From Clostridia bacterium (lineage in GTDB: Bacteria; Bacillota; Limnochordia; DTU080; RSA5), in contig PKEX01000008.1 of the NCBI GenBank assembly GCA_002919235.1, positions 138,530 to 202,529 on the forward strand: a stretch of 64,000 bases of DNA, in the 5' to 3' direction. Of this stretch, positions 38,125 to 47,900 are shown piece by piece. Below the pieces are notes generated by a model. The model had not been told where the DNA came from and made no database searches. It saw only the letters and a program-made list of their open reading frames with translations. Every line of letters begins with the position of its first letter. The stretch's first letter is position 1. The position numbers and the translations under genes are program-made.

Positions 38125-41100
38125 TCAGTAGAAGTCGTGCGAATCGGGGGCCGCTTTGAGCAGCTGCCCGCCGTCCAGGGAGACCACGTCGCCGAGGGGC
38201 CACACGTCCTCCGCCGGAAAGCTCAAGGTCCCTTCGATCCGCTGCACCTTCCCCGCCACCAAGAGCAGGCTTTCCCCCCGGATCACCGCCTTCTTTCGCT
38301 CGTAAAGATCGGGACGGATCACCACGTTGACCATCCCCGTCTCGTCTTCGAGGAGCAAGAAGACGATGCCCCGGGCGGTCTCGGGCCTCTGGCGCGCCAC
38401 CACCAGGCCGGCCACGTACCCCTTCTTGCCGTGGGACGCCCGGCTCATGGCCTGGACGGTGAACACGCGGCGCGAAAGGCGCGGCCGGAGAAGCTCCAGC
38501 AGGTGCTTCCCCGCGGAAAGCCCCGTCGCGGCATAGTCGGCCAGCACCTTTTCCCACGGGTCCATTTCAGGCAGTTCGACCTCGGGCACGTCGTACGCCA
38601 GCGGCAGGGGGACCTGGTAGGCGAAAGCCTGCCTTGCAGCTTTGCCGGTGCCGTCCCCTTTCTCGCCCCCGGCTCCCTCCAGGGCGGCCCTGCCGAGGCT
38701 TGTGGCCCGCGGCGCGAGGCCCAGCTTCCACAAGAGTTCCCGGCGGTCTTTGCCCAGGCGGTCGAAGGCGCCCGCCCAGATCAGGCGTTCCAGCTTGGCC
38801 TGGGGCAGGTCCACCCGGCGGCAGAAGTTGTCCAGGTCCGAAAACGGCCCTCCCCGCTCCCGCTCCGCGACGATCCGGGCGGCGTCCCGCGCTCCCAGCC
38901 CCTTGACGTAGTTGAACCCGAGGCGCACGGCGTTCCCCTTCACCGTGCACTTTACCCGGCTCTCATTGATGTCCGGCGGCAAGATCTCCACCCCGCGGCG
39001 CTTTGCGTCCCGCACGAGGGCGTGGGGCGGGTAAAACCCCATCGGCTGGCTGTTGAACAGGGCCGCCGTGTATTCCGCCGGGAAATACGTCCTGAGCCAC
39101 GCCGACTGGTACGCCAGGACGGCGAAGGCGTAGGCGTGGGACTTGGGAAACCCGAACTGGGAGAAGGCCAGGATCTTCTTAAAGACCAGCTCGGTGACGT
39201 CGTCCGGAACGCCTTTCTTGCGGGCCCCGTCGCGAAAGCTCTCGTAGAGCTGGGCCACGGCCTCTTCGGAGTTGCGCCTTCCCAGCGCCCGCCGCAGGGA
39301 TTCGGCTTGCCCCGGGGTAAACCCGGCCAGCGCCATGGCCACCTGGAGCACCTGGTCCTGGTAGAGAATGACGCCCAGGGTCTCCTCCAGCGCCGGTTCC
39401 AGGAGCGGGTGGTCGTACGGCGGGGTGTAAGGTCTCCCCTCTTTCGCCGCCCGCCGCTGCTCCGCTTTGCGCTGGACGTACGGGTGGACGGCGCCGCCCA
39501 CGATGGGGCCGGGGCGGACGATCGCGATCTCGATCGCGAGCTCGTCGAGGCTGCGGGGCTGCGTCCGGGGGAGCAGCTGGATCTGGGCCCGGCTTTCGAT
39601 CTGGAAGACCCCCACCGTATCCCCGGCCGCGATCTGGTCGTACACCACGGGGTCGTCGAAGGGGATGCGGCTCAGGTCGACGGGAGGCAGTTCCGGCCGG
39701 TTCTCGGCGATGAGCTCGACGCACTCCTCCACCAGCGAGAGCATGCCCAGGGCGAGGAAGTCCACCTTGATAAAGCGGGCGTCCTCGCACGAGTCCTTGT
39801 CCCACTGGCAGACCACCCGCCCCGGCATGCCGGCCTTTTCCAGCGGCACCAGCTCCACCAGGGGCCTGGACGAGATCACCATCCCCCCCACGTGCTGGGA
39901 GATGTGGCGGGGAAACCCCGAGATCTCCTCCGCCAGGGAAATCAGATCCCGCCAGAGCGGCGCTTCGACCTTGTCCCGGAACCCGGGCAGCGAGAGCATC
40001 ACCTCCCGCAGGCGCCTGCTGGACCCGCCTTCGCTGAGCTTGGCCAGCTTGTCCAGGTCCTGGAGCGGCAGCCCCAACGCCTTGCCGATGTCCCGCACGG
40101 CGCTGCGCAGCCTGTAGGTGGCGAACGAGCAGACCAGCGCCGCGTGCTCCCGGCCGTAGTGCTGGTACACCCGTTGGATCAGCGCCTCGCGGATGTCCCG
40201 GGGAAAATCGAGGTCGATGTCGGGCACCACCTCCAGCGTCTCGTTGAGAAAGCGGTCGATCGACAGGCGGTTTTGAATGGGATCGACGTGGGACAAGCCG
40301 ATCAGGTAGCAGATGAGCGAGCTGACCGAGCTGCCTCGCCCTCTTCCCGGGGGAAGGCGCGCCGCCTTGCGCGCCGCGCTGGTCCCCCGGACTTCTTGGG
40401 CCACCTCTTCCGCAAGGCGCATCAGGTCCCGGTAGACCAGGAAAAAGCCGGAAAGGCCGTGCCGCCGCACCAGCGCGAGCTCCTGGTCGAGCCGCGCCTC
40501 GGCTTGGCGGTAGAGCGAAGGCGGGCCGGAGCCGTACCGCTCCGCCAGGAGCGCCTGGCACACCCGCTCCAGCTGCTGATCCGCGGTCTCCTCATCGCCT
40601 TCCCGCTGGAAATCGGGGAAGGTGTAGCCCAGGTCGGCGGTGAGGTCGAACCCCTGGCAGCGCTCGCTCAAGATCTCGGTGGCCCGCAGCGCCTCCGGCA
40701 GCTCCCTGAACGCCCGGGCCATCTCCTGCGGGGACTTGAGATAGTACTCCGAGTTGGGGCGGCGCAGCCGGTGCGACGCGTCCAGGGTCGTCCGGTGCTT
40801 GATGGCCACCAGCACGTCCTGCAGCCGGTGGCGCTCCCGCACGTGATAGTGCACGTTGTTGGTGGCGACGACGCCCACCCCCAGGCGGCGGGCCACCTCC
40901 ACCAGGCGGCGCACCCGCGCCGTATCGCCCCGGGCTTTGTGGTGCTGCAGCTCCACCCACACCCGGTCGCGGCCGAACACCTCTAGATACGCCTTGAGCC
41001 GCTGGACCGCGTCGCCCAGCCGGCCTTGGTCCACCAGGGAGGGAATCTCGCCCTTGGGACAGCCCGTCAGGGCGATCAGCCCCTGGGAATGGCGAGCCAG

Positions 41101-41436
41101 GAGCTCCCACTCGACCCGGGGAGAGCCCCGGGGATGGTCGAGGTGGGCGCGGCTCAGGAGCCGGCAGAGATTGGCGTACCCCTGGGGGCTTTCCACGAGG
41201 AGCGTGAGATGGGCGCCGCTCGCCAGGGTGACCTCGGCCCCGGTGACGGGCTGCACCCCCCAGGCCTTGGCCGCCTGCGCGAAGGCCATGGCGCCGTAGA
41301 GCCCGTCGTGATCGGTGAGCGCCACGGCCTTGAGCCCGAGCTTGTGCGCCTGGAGGGCCAGCTCCTCGGGGAGCGAGGCGCCGTCCAGGAAAGAGTAGGC
41401 AGAATGGGCGTGGAGTTCAGCGTAGACCGGCATCAT
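38125..41436 (-). CDS. dnaE2: Error-prone DNA polymerase of the DnaE family (DnaE2/ImuC type)
   Basis: N-terminal PHP domain (YAELHAHSAYSFLDG) and a polIII-alpha core, about 1100 aa. Directly downstream of a Y-family polymerase gene and LexA boxes. ATG at 41436 overlaps the stop of the upstream small ORF. Confidence 0.85.
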   Translation of the reverse strand: MMPVYAELHAHSAYSFLDGASLPEELALQAHKLGLKAVALTDHDGLYGAMAFAQAAKAWGVQPVTGAEVTLASGAHLTLLVESPQGYANLCRLLSRAHLDHPRGSPRVEWELLARHSQGLIALTGCPKGEIPSLVDQGRLGDAVQRLKAYLEVFGRDRVWVELQHHKARGDTARVRRLVEVARRLGVGVVATNNVHYHVRERHRLQDVLVAIKHRTTLDASHRLRRPNSEYYLKSPQEMARAFRELPEALRATEILSERCQGFDLTADLGYTFPDFQREGDEETADQQLERVCQALLAERYGSGPPSLYRQAEARLDQELALVRRHGLSGFFLVYRDLMRLAEEVAQEVRGTSAARKAARLPPGRGRGSSVSSLICYLIGLSHVDPIQNRLSIDRFLNETLEVVPDIDLDFPRDIREALIQRVYQHYGREHAALVCSFATYRLRSAVRDIGKALGLPLQDLDKLAKLSEGGSSRRLREVMLSLPGFRDKVEAPLWRDLISLAEEISGFPRHISQHVGGMVISSRPLVELVPLEKAGMPGRVVCQWDKDSCEDARFIKVDFLALGMLSLVEECVELIAENRPELPPVDLSRIPFDDPVVYDQIAAGDTVGVFQIESRAQIQLLPRTQPRSLDELAIEIAIVRPGPIVGGAVHPYVQRKAEQRRAAKEGRPYTPPYDHPLLEPALEETLGVILYQDQVLQVAMALAGFTPGQAESLRRALGRRNSEEAVAQLYESFRDGARKKGVPDDVTELVFKKILAFSQFGFPKSHAYAFAVLAYQSAWLRTYFPAEYTAALFNSQPMGFYPPHALVRDAKRRGVEILPPDINESRVKCTVKGNAVRLGFNYVKGLGARDAARIVAERERGGPFSDLDNFCRRVDLPQAKLERLIWAGAFDRLGKDRRELLWKLGLAPRATSLGRAALEGAGGEKGDGTGKAARQAFAYQVPLPLAYDVPEVELPEMDPWEKVLADYAATGLSAGKHLLELLRPRLSRRVFTVQAMSRASHGKKGYVAGLVVARQRPETARGIVFLLLEDETGMVNVVIRPDLYERKKAVIRGESLLLVAGKVQRIEGTLSFPAEDVWPLGDVVSLDGGQLLKAAPDSHDFY

Positions 41437-41743
41437 CGGCGTATCGCCCTCGCCCGGCTGGTGCATCGTCGACGTCAACGGCTGGATGGGGGAAGGCGAG
41501 GCCGCCGGGAGCATAGAGCGGGACGCTCTCCCGCTGGCGGTACCAGGCCCCGGTCTCCAGGTCGCAAAAGAGGACGTCGAGGCGGCCGTCCTCCAGCTCC
41601 ACCAGGTAATAGAGGCGGTGGATCGGCCGGCGCCACCACTCGTCGTCGATCCGCCAAAGGTCCCGGACGGCCGTGACCCCTTGCCGGCGTCCCCGCCAGA
41701 TGAGAGAGAGGGGCCGTCCCTCCCGGTCGCAGGCCACTTTCAC
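41417..41743 (-). CDS. Uncharacterised small protein (about 108 aa) between imuB and dnaE2, Trp/Arg-rich
   Basis: High GC3 in this frame from the GTG at 41743 (14 nt after the imuB stop). An alternative ATG at 41809 lies 6 nt after GGAGGT. The stop overlaps the dnaE2 start (ATGATGCC...TGA). Confidence 0.55.
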   Translation of the reverse strand: MKVACDREGRPLSLIWRGRRQGVTAVRDLWRIDDEWWRRPIHRLYYLVELEDGRLDVLFCDLETGAWYRQRESVPLYAPGGLAFPHPAVDVDDAPAGRGRYADDAGLR

Positions 41744-41757
41744 CGGCTGGGGCTGGT

Positions 41758-43023
41758 TTAAGGATCGAAGTCGATCAGGGCGTAGCGGCGCTCCGGAATG
41801 CGGGACCATGGTTCTACCTCCGCGATGCGAAAAAGGCCGGTAGTGCCGTAACGGGCCTTGACCGCGGCCAAGGCGTCTTTGAGGCGCGCGAGCCTCTGGC
41901 CGCCGCCGGGAAAGAGCGGCTCCTGGCCGACGTAAGGCCCTCCCAGCAGCGTCACTTTGAGCGTGACGGCCGAAACCGCCCCCGGCAGCTCCACCCCTGC
42001 GAGCCTGCGGGCCAGCATCGCCTCCAGCCTTTCGGGATCGCCCACCGGCTCGTGCAGCGTGATGCTCTTCTCCCACGTCTCTTCGTCGATGCGAGCGGCG
42101 AGGACAAGCTGGCGCACCGTCGCCTCTCCCCGCTCCTTGCGCCGCCACACCCGGGCGACCAGCTGCCGGATCCCCGCCCAAAACGCGGCCCACTCGCTGA
42201 CCGGCGCGGGAAACTCAAGGCTTTCGGCGATGGGGCGGAAGGGGCGGCGCGGCACCAGCGCCGAATCGTCCCGTCCCCGGGAAAGCTCCCAGGCCCGGCG
42301 GCCTTCGGGACCCAGGCGCGCCTCGAGCGCGGCAGGATGCAGCGCGGCGATCTGGCCCAGGCGCTCAAGGCCAAAGAGGGAAAGGCTGCGCTGGGTCTCG
42401 CCGCTCACCGGCAGGTGATCAATGGGACACGGGGCGAGAAACCGCTCTATCTCATGCCGCAGCACGATCCGGGGGCGGCCTCGCGGTGCGTGCCATGCGG
42501 CGACGCCGGCCACGAACTTGTTGGGACCGGCGCCGGCCCGGACGTCAAAGAGGCCCTCTGCCGCCGGGCTGCCCGCGGCCGGTCCCAGCCCGCGCCTTAC
42601 GGCGGCGTCGACGAGGCGTTCCAAAAGCGCTCCGAGCTTGGGATAGAGGCGCTCCATCCCCGTGAGATCCACGTATGCCGCGCCCAGGCCGGCGTCTTCC
42701 ACCGCGGGCGCCTCCGCCTCCAGGACGTCGAGAAAGGCGTCGTGAAGGCGCTGGTACCACTCGGGATCCGGCGAGAGCGCCACCACGTCGCGGCACAGGG
42801 CGATGCTCTCGCGCACCCGCATTCCCAGGCGGATCCCCCGCTCCGCCGCCTCCGGCGAGCAGTGTGCGACGGGCAGCGCCGCCGCTCCGCCGGAGGCGGC
42901 GCGCGCCGTGATGACGAACGGCCGGCCCCGCAGCCCGGGGCGGCGGGCCAGCTCGGCTTGAACGGGAAAATCGGGAACGCGGATGCACCCGATCCAGCGA
43001 CGGCTGGTGCGTGCAGCAGGCAT
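41758..43023 (-). CDS. imuB: Y-family DNA polymerase-like protein (ImuB-type)
   Basis: IGCIRVPDFPVQ N-terminus typical of DinB/ImuB. 421 aa. ATG at 43023 lies 9 nt after AAAGGAG. Confidence 0.8.
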   Translation of the reverse strand: MPAARTSRRWIGCIRVPDFPVQAELARRPGLRGRPFVITARAASGGAAALPVAHCSPEAAERGIRLGMRVRESIALCRDVVALSPDPEWYQRLHDAFLDVLEAEAPAVEDAGLGAAYVDLTGMERLYPKLGALLERLVDAAVRRGLGPAAGSPAAEGLFDVRAGAGPNKFVAGVAAWHAPRGRPRIVLRHEIERFLAPCPIDHLPVSGETQRSLSLFGLERLGQIAALHPAALEARLGPEGRRAWELSRGRDDSALVPRRPFRPIAESLEFPAPVSEWAAFWAGIRQLVARVWRRKERGEATVRQLVLAARIDEETWEKSITLHEPVGDPERLEAMLARRLAGVELPGAVSAVTLKVTLLGGPYVGQEPLFPGGGQRLARLKDALAAVKARYGTTGLFRIAEVEPWSRIPERRYALIDFDP

Positions 43024-43075
43024 CGACACGCGCTCCTTTCGCGCCGCCCGGCTGCCCCGCCGGGCGGCGCTGTTT

Positions 43076-43089
43076 CGAACGGGTGTTCG
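43076..43089 (-). promoter_or_regulatory. LexA operator, Gram-positive Cheo-box type (CGAACGGGTGTTCG)
   Basis: Perfect CGAAC-N4-GTTCG palindrome just downstream of the -10 element of the imuB promoter. Confidence 0.65.
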
Positions 43090-43090
43090 T

Positions 43091-43120
43091 ATTTTAACCG
43101 AACGCGTGTACGCCTGTCAA
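43091..43120 (-). promoter_or_regulatory. Sigma-A-like promoter of the imuB - small ORF - dnaE2 operon (-35 TTGACA, 17-18-bp spacer, -10 TTAAAAT)
   Basis: Perfect TTGACA at 43115-43120 on the minus strand. The AT-rich -10 is the only such element in the region and is interleaved with the LexA boxes. Confidence 0.55.
43099..43112 (-). promoter_or_regulatory. Second, imperfect LexA box (CGAACGCGTGTACG) inside the promoter spacer
   Basis: One mismatch in the right arm (GTAC instead of GTTC). 9 bp from the first box. Confidence 0.5.
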
Positions 43121-43148
43121 ATCCATATTTTGGAGATGGCCCGCGCAG

Positions 43149-43904
43149 TCACATGTAGGATCCGCCGTTGATGGCCAGCACCTGGCCCGTCATCAGGTCG
43201 GAGAACTTGGAGACCAGCACCAGCGCCCCGTCGGCGATCTCGTCCGCCGTGGCCAGCCGTCCCAAGGGGATCTCTTCGATGAGCTTCGCCCGCACCGCCG
43301 GATCGTCCAGGCCGAACCGCTTCACCACGTCCTCCGTCTCCGTAAAGCCCGGCATCAGGCAGTTGACCTGCGCCCAAGGCGCGAGCTCCCTGGCAAAGCA
43401 CTTGGTGAGGGCGAGGACGCCCGCCTTGGCCGCGCAGTAGTTCGCCCCGTTCTTGCGCCCCCTCAGGGCGGACGCCGCCGAGACCATGATCACCTTTCCT
43501 GCCCCCCTCGCCCTCATGGCCGGGATCGCCGCCTGCGTGCACAAGAACGCCCCTTTTAAGTTGACCTCCACCACCCGGTCCCAGTCCTCTTCAGACATCT
43601 CCTCCGCCGGCCCGTCCCGGGCGACCCCCGCGTTGTTCACCAGGATGTCGAGGCCCCCCCACTCGTCCACGATGCGCTCGACCATGGAGCGGACTTCGTC
43701 GCGCCGCGCCACGTCAGCCCTCACCGCCAGCGCCTCCCCGCCGTCCCTGCGGATCTCCTGGACCACCTCCCGGGCCCGCTCGGCCGAAGAGAGATAGTTG
43801 ACGGCCACCTTGGCACCCTCCCGGGCGAACCGCCGGGCGATGGCCCTTCCAATCCCCCGGCTGGCGCCGGTGACCAACGCGATCTTGCCGTCCAAACAGC
43901 CCAT
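43149..43904 (-). CDS. Short-chain dehydrogenase/reductase (FabG-like 3-oxoacyl-ACP reductase family)
   Basis: TGASRGIG cofactor motif, NNAG and the S...YxxxK catalytic pattern (YCAAK). Confidence 0.8.
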   Translation of the reverse strand: MGCLDGKIALVTGASRGIGRAIARRFAREGAKVAVNYLSSAERAREVVQEIRRDGGEALAVRADVARRDEVRSMVERIVDEWGGLDILVNNAGVARDGPAEEMSEEDWDRVVEVNLKGAFLCTQAAIPAMRARGAGKVIMVSAASALRGRKNGANYCAAKAGVLALTKCFARELAPWAQVNCLMPGFTETEDVVKRFGLDDPAVRAKLIEEIPLGRLATADEIADGALVLVSKFSDLMTGQVLAINGGSYM

Positions 43905-44096
43905 CCCAAGACCCTCCTGACCTGCAGCGCGCGGGAGCCGCTCGCCCCATCCCTATGCGCCGGCCTCCGGTGACAGAACCGGCGGTCGCGGCGCGCCGCT
44001 GCGATCCAGGAAAGGGAGGAGAAGGGCGATAAAGCCCGAATTTGGGTGAGGAACCCGCGTGACGACTCCCATCGACAGCAGGAGGACCAGTATCTG

Positions 44097-44903
44097 ATGC
44101 ACTCATCTCGCTCCACCTTCAAGGCAAGACCCGCAGCCGCGTGGATCTTCGCCCTGGCCGTCTCGGCGGGCAGCTTCTGGCTGCAGGCGCCGCAGGCCGG
44201 CGCCCTGCCGCTCGAGCCGGCCGTCCATCCTCCGGTGGGAGAGGAGGCCCCGCACCACCGTCCCCAGGGATCTGACGCCTCACACGCCCACGCAGAGCTC
44301 ACCCTGGAACGGATCCACGACGAGCTGAGCCAGCACATCGCCCGGGTGCGAGACCTTACGGCGCGCGTGAGCTTCGTCCAGGTCTCGCCGCGGGACGGGT
44401 CAAAGATCGAAGGCGAGCTGGAGCTGGCCGCCATCGTTCCCGACCTGGCGCGCGCCACTTGGGTCAAACCCGAGATCTACGCTGGCGTCTTTTACATACT
44501 GGATGCCCAGGCCAACCAGTACATCGAATACGTCCCGGCCACCGGCGAAGCCCACCGCATGCCCTTGGACCAGATCCTGGCCGGGCAGCCGCTGGTTCGC
44601 ATCGCTCCCGAGCAGATCTTTTCCCTGCCTCCTGCGGAGCAGTTCATCCTGGAGCTCACCGACGTTGCGCAGGTGGACGGGGTGCGCTACGCCGTGGTGC
44701 AGGCGACCGACAAGGCCAGCGGCCAGGTTTACCGGGTCTGGGTCGACACCGGGCGCTGGCTGGTCACGCGCATGCAGGCGCTCACGCCCAAAGGCGACAT
44801 CCAGGCCAGCGCCGAGGTGCTCGAGATCCGGGTCAATGAAGGCCTCGAAGCCACCGCCTTGCGCCGCCTGCCGCCCGGCACCATCCAGCGCTCCTTCCCG
44901 TAA
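44097..44903 (+). CDS. Secreted LolA-like / DUF4367-type protein
   Basis: Signal peptide (AAAWIFALAVSAGSFWLQAPQAGA). ATG at 44097 follows AGGAGG. 18 nt upstream of the RND gene. Confidence 0.55.
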   Translation: MHSSRSTFKARPAAAWIFALAVSAGSFWLQAPQAGALPLEPAVHPPVGEEAPHHRPQGSDASHAHAELTLERIHDELSQHIARVRDLTARVSFVQVSPRDGSKIEGELELAAIVPDLARATWVKPEIYAGVFYILDAQANQYIEYVPATGEAHRMPLDQILAGQPLVRIAPEQIFSLPPAEQFILELTDVAQVDGVRYAVVQATDKASGQVYRVWVDTGRWLVTRMQALTPKGDIQASAEVLEIRVNEGLEATALRRLPPGTIQRSFP

Positions 44904-44921
44904 GATGGAGGTCAGCTGCCG

Positions 44922-47900
44922 ATGAACCTGGTGCGGCTTTCGGTCCGGCGGCCCGTCGCCGCCTCCATGGCCGTGGCGGTCCTGGTCTTGTTTGGCGCCG
45001 TGGCGCTCCAAGGGATGCCGGTCGATCTCCTTCCCGACGTTGAACTCCCCATTGCCGCCGTGGTCACCATCTATCCCGGGGCGGATCCCGCCACGGTCGA
45101 GGCCGCCGTGACCGCGCCCCTCGAAGACGTGATCGCGACCGTGCCGGGCCTGGTGCGGCTCCGCTCCACCAGCGCGGAAAACGTTTCCATCATCACCGCG
45201 GAGTTTTCGTGGAAAGCCGACCTCCAGGAGTCCTTGAAGCAGCTGGAAAACAACGTGGCCGTCGCCGCCAGCTTTCTCCCGGCGGGGATCGAACGGCCCG
45301 TGGTGCTCAGGACCGATCCCAGCCAGTACCCGGTGCTGATGGTGGCGGTCTCCGGGCCCGGAGACGCCGTCCAGGTGACGCGGGCGGTGGAAAGCTACGT
45401 AAAACCCCGGCTGCAGCAGCTGCCCGGCGTTGCGGCCGTGCAGGTGCTGGGCGGCGCCTACGAAGAGATCGCCGTGCGCTACGACTCCGAAGCCCTGCGG
45501 CAGTACGGCATCACCCCCGCCCTGCTCCAGCAGGTGATCGCCGCGCAAAACCTGGTGGTGCCCGCCGGCAGCGCAGTGGACGAGGGCGTCCGCTACCACG
45601 TGAAAGCGGGCCAAGTCTTCACGGACCTGGAAACCCTGCGAAACCAGCCGGTGGCGCTGCGGCAGGTGTCACAGGAGCCGCTCTTTCCCGGGCTGCTCGC
45701 CGCCAGCCAGGCGATCCCGGTTCGCCTCAGGGAGGTCGCCGACGTCGAAGTGGTGGAACGGCCCCGGGAGGGCCTCACCCGGGTGAACGGCGAGCCCGCG
45801 GTGATCCTGCGCGTCCTCAAGCAGAGCGGGGCCAACACGGTCGCCGTCTCAAGGAGCGTCCGCGCCCACCTGGCCCAGCTAGAGCGCGAATCGGAGCTGC
45901 GCTTTCACCCCCTCACCGACCACGCAGACCTCATCGGCACGTCGCTGGGGAACCTCTCCTCCTCCGCGGCCATCGGGGCGGCCCTGGCCGCCGGCGTGCT
46001 CCTCTTTTTCTTGCGGAGCCTCGGCTCCGTGATGGTCATCGGCGTCGCCATCCCTCTCTCCATCGCCGGGGCGTGGGTCATCCTGCGCAGTTTCGGCGTG
46101 ACGCTGAACATGATGAGCCTGGGCGGCCTCGCCCTGGCCGTCGGCATGCTGGTGGACAACTCCATCGTCGTGCTGGAGAACATCGTCCGCCACCGGCAGC
46201 TGGGCAAGAGCCGCCTTGAGGCCGCTGAGGCGGGCGGCAGCGAGATCGCCGGCGCGATCGTCGCCTCCACCCTCACCACCGTGGTGGTCTTCCTCCCCAT
46301 CCTGTTCGTCGACAGCCTGGCGGGGGTTCTCTTTCGCGACACTGGGATCGCCGTGGCCGCGTCGCTCCTGGTCTCGGTGGCCGTGGCGCTGACGGTGGTG
46401 CCGCTGGCGGCGTCGCGCTGGACCGGCCTTTCCCAAAGGCGTGCTCCCGCCGCGTCCCGCTCTCCGGAACCGGCGGCCTCCGCAGGCGTCTTGGCCGGGG
46501 CCGCGCTGGAGGCGGCCGCCGCCTCCGAACTGCCCGGTGCCCCGCCCGCCGGGGCCCTGCGGCTGCACCGCCGGCTCCTGGAAGCGTATGAGAAAGCGCT
46601 GGCGGCTTGGACGCGAAGGCCCGCCGCCACCCTGGCCGCCCTGGCCCTGTGCCTCGCGCTGATCCTCTTTGTTCCCGGCCGATTGGAAACCGAGTTTCTT
46701 CCCGCCACCGACGGCGGGCTGATCGTCGTCAACCTGCGGATGCCCGCAGGATGGAGCCCCGAGCAGGTACAGCGGCACGTGGTCGAGCTGGAACAGGCGA
46801 TCCTCTCCCTCCCCGAGGTGGAGACCGTGGCCACGCTGGCAGGCGATCAGGGGGCGGAGGACCTGCTGGCCCGGGTAAGCGCCTTGGGGACCAACGAAGC
46901 CCAGCTCACCGTCGTCCTCCATCCCTTGAGCACCGGCCGCCGCTCCTCCCATCAGGTGGCGGAAGCCATCTTCGCCCTCCCCCGGGATCCGGCGGTCGAG
47001 ATGGCGATCGAGTCGGACCGCACCGCCTTCGCGCTGGGGGACGACTTCTATCCCGGCCTCACCGTAGAGTTCAGCGGGCCGGACCTGGCGGTGCTGGAGC
47101 AGCTCGCGGCCGGATGGGCGGAGCTGCTGGCCGGGACCGGAGGCTTTAAGAACGTCACCTCTACCGTGCGCCCCGGCGCGCCGGAGCTCTTCTTCCGGGT
47201 GACCGAGCGGAGCTTCCAAGGGATGCTCGGCGGCGGCGAGCCGCTCACCGCGGGGCAGGTGGGCTTGGCCCTGCGCCAGCACTTGACCGGCGTCACCGCG
47301 ACCCACGTCACCCTCGACGGCCAGCGCCTCCCCGTGGTGCTGCGGCCTTCGGCCGACGAGGTCGAAAGCCTCGACTCCATCCGCGCCTTCCGGGTCCCCG
47401 GCGCGCAGCTCACCTCGGCAGGAGGCCAGCCCATCCTCGACCGCATCGCCCAGGTCCTGGAAGGCGAGTCGCAAGGAGCGATTCTACGGCGGGACCGGGT
47501 GCGGGTGGCCACGGTCCGGGCGGAGCTGGACGGCATCGGCCTCGGGGAGGCCAAGGCGCGGGCGGAGCGCCTCCTGTCCAGCTTCCCCCTGCCCGCAGGG
47601 TATCAGGCGCAGATCACCGGCATCCACCGGGTGATCGACGACTCTCTGGGCGAGCTGGGCTGGGTGCTGGTCGTCGCCGTCGCCCTGGTGTACGCGGTGA
47701 TGGCGGCTCAATTTGAATCCCTGGGGCAGCCCCTCGTCATCATGGTGACCGTGCCCCTGGCCGCTTCGGGAGCGCTGCTGGCCCTCTGGTGGAGCGGCCG
47801 CGCTCTGGGCGTGCCCTCCTTGATCGGCATCGTGCTGCTGTGCGGGGTGGCCGTAAACAACGCCATCGTCATGATCGACGCCGTCAATCAGCTGCGGCGC

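Noticed and set aside
41758-41809. ATG at 41809 (with a GGAGGT RBS) as the start of the small ORF, overlapping the imuB 3' end
   Set aside because: Not rejected outright. GC3 only becomes high after the GTG at 41743, so the shorter form was annotated and the longer form noted as an alternative.
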